Shown here: positions 1 through 9,900 of the stretch, one piece after another
Numbering within the stretch: the stretch's first letter is position 1
Layout: every line of letters starts with the position of its first letter
DNA from: a virus
Taxonomy: Duplodnaviria > Caudoviricetes
Strand: one strand, 5' to 3'
Virus record (IMG/VR): IMGVR_UViG_3300034993_000115
Span: 1 to 58,981 of that record
Length of the DNA: 58,981 nucleotides
Program-made: the position numbers and the translations under genes
The notes under the pieces: generated by a model
Told to the model about the DNA's origin: nothing
The model's input: the letters and a program-made list of their open reading frames with translations, nothing else
Databases searched by the model: none

Positions 1-126
1 GTCGAAGACGGCCGCCGCCGCGAGCAGAGCGAAGTCCACTATTTGCGAGAGGTCCGCGTCGGGGATCGGGTCGAACCCGAACCGCCGTGATAGGCTGTGC
101 GTGCCGAGGGTCGTAATAGCGATCAG
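1..126. repeat. Terminal direct repeat copy 1 (assembly overlap indicating a circular or terminally redundant genome)
   Basis: 1-126 is identical to 58855-58980; the next base differs (G127 vs A58981). Confidence 0.95.
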
Positions 127-150
127 GGCGCGTTTTCCGATGAGCGTCAT
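1..150 (-). CDS. 5' part of a 66-aa holin-like protein that continues across the junction at 58854-58804
   Basis: ATG at 150 overlaps the stop of the 147..584 gene; reads MTLIGKRALIAITTLGTHSLSRRFGFDPIPDADLSQIVDFALLAAAAVFD|WLKQQRLLACAKEVTK*; hydrophobic segments, basic C-terminus, next to the endolysin candidate. Confidence 0.6.
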   Translation of the reverse strand, partial: MTLIGKRALIAITTLGTHSLSRRFGFDPIPDADLSQIVDFALLAAAAVFD

Positions 151-584
151 GACTCCTCCAGTAGACTCTTGAGGGTTTGCTTCGGGTCTAGGCCGGCGAT
201 GCGGCACGCGACCTGGCAGTAGCTCTTCGGGTCATTGCTGTCTTCGGCCGGGGCGTAGCAGCGGAAGAACTCCTCCAGGTTGTCGTCTGGGCCAAGCTCT
301 TCGCCGGGGTCCTTCACACTATCCTTGTCGGCGTCGTGCCAGGCTGCGGTCTTGCCCTGTGCTTTGCACTCCAGGTCGTAGATCAGCGCGGCCAGGCCAC
401 CGACGATTGTCCTGAACGTCGCCATGCGGTCCTTCGTCTCCCAGGAGCCGATGTGGTCGTCCTCCATCGGAGAGCGCCGCAGGTTACCGGGGTTGTTGTT
501 GCGGTAGCTCATGGAGCCAGGCTTCCAACCCTCGTGGAACATGATCGCCTTGGCAAGCTCGGAAATCTTCTTCGTTACGGACAT
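147..584 (-). CDS. Putative endolysin / lysozyme-fold cell-wall hydrolase (RNNNPGN-motif family)
   Basis: AIMFHEG, SYRNNNPGNLR and YAPAEDSNDPKSY motifs; lies between membrane-protein genes at the end of the late operon. Confidence 0.65.
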   Translation of the reverse strand: MSVTKKISELAKAIMFHEGWKPGSMSYRNNNPGNLRRSPMEDDHIGSWETKDRMATFRTIVGGLAALIYDLECKAQGKTAAWHDADKDSVKDPGEELGPDDNLEEFFRCYAPAEDSNDPKSYCQVACRIAGLDPKQTLKSLLEES

Positions 585-997
585 TACTTCTTCCCCTTGA
601 TTTCTCTAATCTCCGCGAAATTGCGGTCGAGCCGTTCGATCATCGTATCAGTCGTCGCGCGGAAAGCCCCCTTGAGGGATGCCACATCGGTTCGGATCGC
701 TGCTACGTCACGCTCGTAAGCATATTGAGTTATGAACGAACTAGGCGAGGCGGCGTCCCGTACCCGCAAGTCATAGTCACGGATGGCATTTGCGTTGAAG
801 TAAAAGAACACAGAGGCGCAGAACACGACGGTGGCGCCGATCATGATCGCAATCTCAATGCGGATCTTCGGCAAAAGCACGTCACGCTGCCACTCTTCCC
901 GCGCCGTACGGCATTGCTTGTCAGAGCAGTGGCGGCGTTCTTCACCACTTCGCCGCTCGTCATGATCATCATGGATATTGTCCTCGTTGCTCTCCAT
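584..997 (-). CDS. Single-TM membrane protein with C-terminal coiled coil (holin/lysis-associated)
   Basis: Hydrophobic IEIAIMIGATVVFCASVFFYF followed by a coiled-coil-like tail; coupled to the endolysin candidate. Confidence 0.5.
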   Translation of the reverse strand: MESNEDNIHDDHDERRSGEERRHCSDKQCRTAREEWQRDVLLPKIRIEIAIMIGATVVFCASVFFYFNANAIRDYDLRVRDAASPSSFITQYAYERDVAAIRTDVASLKGAFRATTDTMIERLDRNFAEIREIKGKK

Positions 998-999
998 TC

Positions 1000-3900
1000 C
1001 TATTCTCCTATGACTGCACGGTATTGGTCAATGAGCGGCTGCCGGTCGTCGGGCAGGGCGCTATGAAGTGCGTTCTTGAAGCGGCGGTAGACGACGGGAC
1101 GAATCTCCGCTTGCTCCTTGGCAGTGGCAACTTGGTAGATCGCAAAGATGTCATTGATCGTGACACCCTGCTGCTGTATGCTATGAACGAGGGGCGGCTC
1201 GTTCATCGTCTTTCTCATTTCACGCGCCTCCGCCATGGTAAGCTTCCCCGCTGCGATGGCCTCACGCAGCGGCTCAGCATTTTTCCTCACGTACAGCTCG
1301 CGCCGGACCTCCGCCTTCAGGTTGCGGCGCTCCGCTTGCTTCCTGGTCAGCGGGCGAAGCGAGGAGCGATCGACGACCTGATCAAGTAGCTTCTCGGCCC
1401 TGGTTTTGGTGTAGTCCGTCGGCGCCGGCATGATGCCGAACTGCGGCGCCGCGAGCTTGGCGACGCTGGCGGCGGTCGTCGGCTCGTCGCCTTGGCGCTG
1501 GTACTCACGGCGCGCCCCGCGGGTCCAGAAGGGCTCAAACTCCTTGAGTGAGTGCAGGCCCACGTCGAGCAACTGTTGGAAGACGTTGTCGCCCTTGTGC
1601 CGGACCTCCTCGCCGTAGTAGGTCTTGTTGCTTGCCGCAGTCTGGATCAGCGTGATCAGCGGGTGAACCTTGTGGGACAAGGTCTGCAGCGGCGTGCCAC
1701 GCTTGGCGTCGGCCACGTAGGCGTGGATGTCTTTGGCGTAGGTCGGGAGCAGGAAGCGCTCGGGGCGCCCCTTCTCGTCGAACCCGCCGGTGCGGAAGGC
1801 CCAGAAGTCCACGTCCTCCGGGTCGTCGCCCGTGAAGAGCTTCGTCAAGGCGCCGTTCATGACGGCCGTCGCGGTGAGGAGCGCCACGGTGTAGGCGATC
1901 CGGGCGGGGAGGACCTTCGGCCAGCGGCCCTGGGCCAGCTCCTGGGCGAAGCCCGCGGCATCCTTGAGTGAGCCACCAACCTCGGCGATCGTCCCGCCCG
2001 TCCAGCCTGGGGCGCGGATTAAGCCTTGGACCACGCTCTTCACCGTGTTGTCCATGAAGAGGCGCTGGTACCTGACCTGCCCGAGCCGCGCGTCGACGCG
2101 GTTCCATGCCTGGCGGAACTGCGGCGTCAGCGTCTCCAGCGCCGCGCCCGGGTGGTCTCGCATGATCCGGCTGGCCAGCTCCGCGAAGACGTGCGCCTTC
2201 TGGCGTGGGACGAGGTACTGCATGATCAAGTTAGCCAGCCCCTCGATCGCGGCGAAGGGCACCTTGGCCGCAGCGGTGAGCGGGCGCCCGCCGTGCCAAG
2301 CTCGCTGCATCTCTTTGGTGTCCCCCGTCATGAGCCCACGCTCCAGCTCGAACCCGCCGCCAGCCAACTCGATCGCCCGCACGACGTCTTTGAGGTGCTT
2401 CCCCTCCGGCGTCTCGCTGCGCCACGCCTCGAGGATCTTGCCACCCGCCATGAGGTTTGGGATGACCGCTATTGAGACGGGGAGCGCCGCCCAGCTCTTG
2501 GCCAGCTCCGCCGCGCCGAGGTCCCCGGTCGCCGCCTGGTAGGTATCCTGCAGGGCGGCGGCTAGGGCGCTGATGATCGACTCACCGGAGGTGAAGCCGG
2601 CGTGGAAGAAGGAGCCCACTCCCAGCTGGGAGGAGTTGAGCCGCGCCCCGGCTTTCATGTAGACCTGGTAGCTCTTGGAGATGAAGGGGTTAGCATGCTG
2701 ATACAGTGTCGGACTCATGAAGTTGTCCAGGACGTCGGCCAGCGCGTTCGGCACGTAGTAGTGCCCGAGCACGGGGCGCCCGTCTTGCGGTGGGCCGATC
2801 ACGGTGAAGGCCGGGTCAAGCGGGACACGCCAGCCGGAGGGAGCCTGCGCCGTCTTGAAGGAGGAGACGAACTGCCCCTTCTCGCGTCGGATCGTGCGCC
2901 CGAGCACGAACTGATCCAACTCGTGGAGCTTCGCTGCCACGAGGTCCACCGGGTTATTGGAGAACGGCCGCAGCCCGAAGTCTACTGCCGTCATGATATC
3001 GTCGAAGACCTTCTCCTTGAGGAAGCTCTTCTTCCCCTCCAACGGGCGGCGGGAGAAGGCCCGGGCGAAGGCGGCGTCGTCCTGCCGCCCTTCGCCGCTG
3101 GCGAGCAGCTCCTCGACCCGCGCCTTGAGCTCAGCCCGCTCCTCCGCGCTCCAGGAGTTGAGGTCCGCCAGCTCAAAGTCCGGCGACTCCTCGCGCGCGG
3201 CCTCGACGTGCTCCGCCATCGCCTGGTTGAACGCCGCCTTGGACTCCTTGGTGTACATGCCGGGGAAGTACCGCTCGCGCACCACGTAGGTGCCGTCCTC
3301 GGCCTGGAAGGCCAGTGGCTCCACCTCGATGACTCTCTTCACGGCCTGCTCGAACTGGCGCTGGATCGTCGTGGCCGCGGGCTTGAGACGGTCCGGCACG
3401 GTGAACCGCGAGGCGGGGGAGGAGAGGGCGGACATGAACTGGATGCCATCGTTCTCTTCCAGCGGCCCCTCCTTGTCCACGCCCAGCTTGGTGAACGCCT
3501 GCCAGAAGGGCTCCAGGACCGGGCGGCGCTGCTCTGCCGTGTGGCTGCGCTCCCCGAGCTTGGTCCCGACGTACTCGGCCGCCTGGAGGTGTGCCGGCGA
3601 GAGGGCGGAGGGGAGGACGCCCTTGAGCGCGCCCCCGAGCCAGGAGCCCTCCGCTGCCAGGCCGCGGAGCAGGCCCTCGGTGCGCAGTGCCTGCCGCTGG
3701 GGCGGCGTCCGGTCCGGTGGGGCCGTGGCCACGGCCTCGCGCGCGGCGGGGAGGCGGAAGCCCTCGGCGCGAGTCAGCCAGTCGTCTGAGTCCAGGGAGG
3801 CGGGGGAGGAGTCCTCCGGCGCCAGGGCGAACTTGGCGACACCCTCGCGGAGGGCGGACTCACGCATCGTGGGGGGGAGGTCGAGGGCGTGGATAGTGGT

Positions 3901-6900
3901 CGTGGTACGGGCTTGGTAGTTCGGATTCGGGATCTTGATGATGGTGCCACCACCCTCGTCGAGTATTCGCCGCGCGGCGCTGACCACGATGGGCTGATCA
4001 CCATACCCAAGCTCCATTTGAATCCTATCCACTGAGGTGCTGTAGAACATGCCATCTCCAACGGCAACTTGTAATTCCCCGGCGGTCCTCGCCGCACTGC
4101 GAATCCGCACTTCCAAGAAGGGATCTTCCTTCGGGCCTTGGGTGATCTTCGCCTCACCCACCCTCGCCCCCCACGGCTTGCCGATCTTCGCCGCAAGCTT
4201 GGGGAGGACCAAATCGTAGAAGCCCTTCATCCCCTCGCCGCCGACCTTGAGGTCGTTCACGCCGAGTCGGCCGATGTCCTTGGCCATGATCTTGGCGGCG
4301 ATGTCTTTTCCCACAACTTCATCAATCGACCGCCCCACCAACCCCCGGGCTTCGGAAACACCCTCTACGATTTTCCCATGGGCGTCAATGAGCACGCCGA
4401 CTACCAGCTTCCCACGGAGCTTCATGTCCACTGCGCGACCACGGGGCACATCACTCCACGAGACGTCATCGACCACCTTGCTCAGGTCGTAGCGCTCCGC
4501 CTGCTGCTCCCCAGTCGTCCAGGCCAGCCGCTCGAAGCCGTGCTCCGCCGCCCAGCGGACCATGCGCCGGAGCGCGAGGCCCGCCCACTTCTCGGTGCTC
4601 TGGACGAAGGGGGCGGTAGGGACGCCGTCGGCACTAAAGCGGGTACGGAGAAAATACCCGGCGTCAATCGTAGGGTCGGCATCCTGGAACTCTTGGAAGA
4701 CAGCCAGAGCATCATCTTTTGTCATTGGGTCAAGGTCTTCGGCCGCGGTAGCCTCGTCGGTGTAGGCGCCATTCCGGTCGTTCTGCTGTAGCAGCTCAAG
4801 AAGCTCCTCGCGAGATAGCTCACTAAGTTGCCGCGTGGCGCGCTCGTCGCGGAACCCCTTCTTCCGCCCCGTCTGCGCCCAGTCGGACTGCAGCTCCTCG
4901 AGGAAGAGCACGCGCTTCCCCTCGGTGTCGGTCCGTTCGTTGAAGCGGACGTGCGCCAGGATGTTGGGCTCGTCGAAGTGGGAGGAGATAAATACTTCGC
5001 CGGTCTTGTTTTCGTCACGCATATGCTGTTGAATAGCGCCTATCTGGTCACGTATGTCATTTAGCGCTTCAATGGCCGCGTTGGGCCGGTCGATGATAGT
5101 TGGGTGCGCGCCAAGAATAGCTTGCTTCTTCTGCTCTGCTGCACGCAATTCCTGCGCGAGTGAAGTATTCTGGTCTGACTCTTTCTTCGGCAGCGTCAGC
5201 AGCAGCTCGCGGTAGTTCTCGCCGCCGGGGAGCTGGTAGGAGGCGAACTTTGCAGCAGTCTCTGAAACCTCGTACTCATTTTCAAGCTCGGTACCGTGCT
5301 CTGCTAGAAAAGCGTCGACCTCCGCCTCAGAAAAATCACCGGGGTCAACAAAAACATCAGGGATAGACGGGTCCTCCTCACGCAGCGCGTCATTATCAGC
5401 GCGCGCCTCTTCGGCCATAGCATCACGCGCGGCGTCGCGGAGGCTAGTTGCTTGTGATCCTTGATTAGTGAGAACCTTCTCTTCCACCCGCACGTCGTTC
5501 TCGCGGAGGAAGGCGAGCACCTCGCTCTTGGTGACGGAGCGCTTGTCCTGCCGGCGCTGCTCGGTGACCCACTCATCGAACCCAGACCACTTCCGCTCCT
5601 CAGCATCGACGTTGACCAGCGTCTTGGAGGTCAACTCACCGAGGCTGATCTTCTCGGACTTGATACCTTCAACGGCGCGCTGGAGGCGGGAGTGGTAGGT
5701 CGGCGCCAGGGCGAACCGCCCCTGGTCCCCGAGCAGGTCACGGAGCAGCTCCCCCGCCCGGCGGGCTTGGTCCATCGCGGTGCGCAGGTCCGGCGCCGCG
5801 CGTCGCGCGTAGGCCGTGATCTTATTGTTCACGTTGTGGAGCAGGTTCCCAGCGCTGACGTCTCTCAGCTCGCCAATGAATTGCTCGGCCGTCTCGCGGT
5901 CCTGCGCCAGGAGCGCATCCATCAGCGGGCCGAAGCGCTGCGCCGTCTCCTCGGGCGTCAGCGTCTCCAGCGGCCCCTCGGGCGCCAGGGCGAAGCGCCC
6001 CTCCTCGTCTGACCCCCACGGTCGCACATATGGAGCGAGCAGGCTTTGGTACCGCGCCACAGATCCACCACTAAAAACGGCATTGACTAGTTCATCAACG
6101 TGTGTTAGCGCGGCCTCCGCGGATGCGGGGAAGTACTCACGTGAGATGTCTTCCAAAAACTTCATCCCATTGACTTTCTTATCCGCCGGGTCTATTACGT
6201 CAATGAACATTCTAAAGTTGCCAGCCTTGATCGCCGTAGCGCCCTGCTCACTGATGACCTTCGCGATCTGGTGGCGTTGCTCTGCGGTCAGCGACGCGCC
6301 GATTTGGAACGACGCTTCACTAGGCGTCATCCAAGCACGTATACCACCAGCGCGCATAAGATCATCGAGCCCGTGCCTCTGGTTACCAGCGATGAAATCG
6401 TGAAGCGTGTCCTCCGCGCCGCCCAACCAGACCCCGTCAGGGAGGAGCACCTTCAATTGCGAAGCCTTCGTGGTAGTTCCAAAGAGATTAATCCAATTTT
6501 GAACAATTGCTGAGACATCGCGTTTCGCGCCCTTCGCGAATGCTAAGTGCGACTTGATAAGTTTGTTGAAAGCTGCTTCATCTTTTGGTGTCTTGAACTC
6601 GCCATCATCATTAGTTGCCGCATCAATATTGAGCTTTGGCGCAGCGGCGTAGTTAAACTTGGCGAGGGCGAAGCGCCCTGCGCTGACCGGCCCCTCCCCG
6701 CGCCGGAGCGTCCCCGCCGCCTCACGGGAGGTGAGGTAATCGTGGAGCCGGTCCAGCTGCTCGGGCGCCATCGCCTGCAGCTCGCCGATCGGGCGGACCT
6801 GGAAGGCGGCCACCTCGTCGAGCTTGGCTTGGCGCTCGGGAGCGAGGGCGAGGCGCGCGTTCGCCGTCCGCGCCTCTTCCGCTCGGCGCTTGGCAGCGCG

Positions 6901-9900
6901 CTGTGATGGCGTTAGCCCGCCGGGTGGTTCCGGCGGAGGGAGCGGGTTGTCGATCGCCGACTCGGCATCCCAGGTCGAAGCCATCTCACCGGGACGCTCG
7001 CCCTTCCGGAAGTTGAAGATCCCCACGTTCAAGGCGCCAGACTCTACCTCCGTGAATCCGTCGTAGCCAGCTACCTTGATTAATTCTAGGTTCCGCTCCA
7101 CCGCGCCCCAGTCCCCGCGAACGAGGAGCGCGCGATCCTCTACCGGCGCGGCGATCGCCGCCAGGTGGTGTGGGTCACGGAAGTCCCAGAGGTTCTTGCC
7201 ACTGACCGGCACCTCACGGACGGTGGCCTTCCCCGTCCCGGCGTAGCCCTGGTGGAACGTCTCAGCGAAGCTCTTGTCACTCGTTGCGTAGGTCACGTGC
7301 CCGGGCACGTCGGGCACGCCCTCCGGCACGCCGCGGTAGAAGACGGCCTGGCCGCGGCGCACGTCCTCGACGGAGGGGGCGCTGGGCGGCAGCTGGAGCT
7401 GGCCTTCGTCAGGCGCCACCGCGAACCTCGCCCGCGCCGCCTCGCGCCGCGCGTCGCTGAGCAACTGGTTCGCCCGGATCGCAGCGTTCTTCGCGGCGTA
7501 ACCTTTGCCCTCGGCTTGCAGCTTTTGGGCCTCCTCGCCCGCGAGGAGCGCGGAGGAGCGGAGGTGGTCGTACTGCGCGCTGACTCCTTCGGGCACGAGG
7601 CGCGGAGCGAGGGCGTGGCGCGCGGGCCGGGGCAGCTTGCGCCCGTTCTGGCCCACGTCTCCCTGGAGTACCGGCTGCTGGAGGCTCTTCCCCGTCCGCC
7701 GTGCCACGTACTGCGGCGGCGGCTCTAGCGTGATCTCTTCGCTCACCGGCACATCAAGGTCCTCAAAGAACGGGTGGTGCCCCAGCTCCTCCTGGGACAG
7801 GGCGCCGCGCTTCTCCACGGCGCGGGCGTAAATTTCACCCGTCTCCCGGTGGTACGCTTCACCGGCGCGCGCGCTGCGCAAGCGCTCCTCGTGCTCCGGC
7901 TTGACGTCAGTTTGGTAGCCGAACCGCTGCAACTCTTTCCGCTGCGCCATCACGTCCCGGGAAGCACCCTGCGGGAGCCCCTCGTCAGAAGCGATGGCGT
8001 GGGTCAACTCATGGCGCAACGCTTCCAGCGCAGCTTTCATCGAACCGGCCGTGATCTCAACCCCCGTAGTGCGGACGGTCTTCCCGCTCGCGGCCCGCAT
8101 GTCAGCCTCCAGGCTGACGTCCTCTGCGGTGCCGCCGAACCACTCATGTGCCGGCAGCTTATGGTCGAGAAAGATCAGCGTCGGCAGCTTGGCTAGCCAT
8201 GGGTAATTCTTGAACAGCTCCGGGTGGCTGATAATGTCGCCAAGCTGGCCGCGGAGGCTGGCGGCGTGCTTGGTCTGCGAGATCGCCGCCAAGGGGCTCA
8301 CCTTGTTGGCGCCCTTCCCATCAGCCACCACGACAAAGGTCTTGCCTGAGAGGGGGCGGACTGACTGGAACATCATGTTCTTGTCACTGATCTCTTTGAC
8401 CCGCTTGCCGGAAGCCAGGTCGGAGAACTCCGGGTACTTAATGTTCTGATAGTCCTTGGCCTTGGTGCTGACTAGCGCGTGCCGCGCGCCCCTCCCAGCC
8501 GCCAGGCTGTCACTCTCGTGGCGCACGGCGCGAAGCACGGCCTGGGACGCCGTGGCGTCAGAGAGGTCCACCAAGCCGGTACGGGCGAGGAACTCCTTGA
8601 CCACCTGGACGAGAACCTTCCACTGAGGCGTCTGGCCCTCAAACTGCTGGGCGATGTGCTCGTCCGCGATCCTTTGGAAGTAATCCTCGGTCGTCTCTTC
8701 TTCGGCGTTTCGTGGGTAGTCCTTCTGCAGCGCTTGGAGCGCTGCCAGGGTGAGCCGGTCACGCACGAACTTGTTGAGCAGCGCGCGCCCCTTCTCGGAG
8801 CCGAGCATGTGGTGCGCGCCCTCTTCGAGGATGACCTCCTCGAGCCGCTGCGCGTCAGGGATCGCGGCGAGGTTCACGAGCACCTCGCCGTTCAGTACGC
8901 GGCCCTGGATCAGCCGCTTCTGCTCATTGCGGAAGTTCGGGTCGTCGATGAATTGAAACGGCACCCTGTCCAGGCCATGCCTCTTGGCGATCTCCTTGGC
9001 CGTAGCTTCCGTCAGACCACCGGGGTGGGGCTTCGCGGCGAGGGCGTGGCGCGGCTGCTCCACCTTCTGCCCGTAGAGTGACTTGCCCGTTGACGGGTCC
9101 TTGACGTCCACGACGTCGACCCCGTACTTGCCCTTATCCTCCAGCGTGAAGACTTCGGGGTGCGCCTGCGCCGCCTTGACTCGCGAGTCAGTCAATGCGA
9201 GACGGAAGACGTCGCCTTCCCGCTCCGCGGCGATCGCCAAAACGGCGAGCCCCTCGGCCGCTTCCTTGGTCTTCCCCTCGGGCAGGACGGGGTAGGTGAC
9301 GCCGTTATAGCCACGGCGAGTGCTAGCAACCGGGGGCGCCGGTGCCCCCTTCTCCGGACGGGACGGGGCCGCAGCCACTTTGCCCGTCGCGGCTGGTTGA
9401 GTCGCTACAACGGGAGCTGCTTTTTCTCCCGCAGGTGCTTGAACATCTCGACTTGGGCGAGCCGCTTTTCGGCTTGGGGCCGGGACAAGTCCGGCTTCGA
9501 CAGCGGCCGGCCCTTGTGGCTCACTACTTGGAATCTCTGGCTGGTACGTTTGATCATTGGTAACCTCCGCGACGTGCCTGCTCTTCGCCTTCCAGGCTTT
9601 GAACTCCTTCATGCTCATCGGAGTGACGGATTTCAACCCCTGCCACCCCTCTTGGTAGTTGCGCTGGTAGGCCGCTTCCGCCTCGGCTACGGAGCCGTAG
9701 CCGAGCATCACCTTGTGCTCATCGAACTTACCAGTGCTGGGGTCGACCTGATTCACGACGAAGACCGTGTGAGAGATGGGGCGCGGGCCAATGAAGACGT
9801 CGAGCTGGTCACCATCCTTGCCCTTGCCGGTATCGAAGTAGCCGTAGTGGTCCTTCAGCTCGGTCTGCCACTCTTCACCCGTCTTCGTCACGCCGTAACG

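Noticed and set aside
8800-8840. Active metallopeptidase at EEGAHH in the giant protein
   Set aside because: The first His of HExxH is replaced by Glu, so it is treated as a degenerate zincin-like domain
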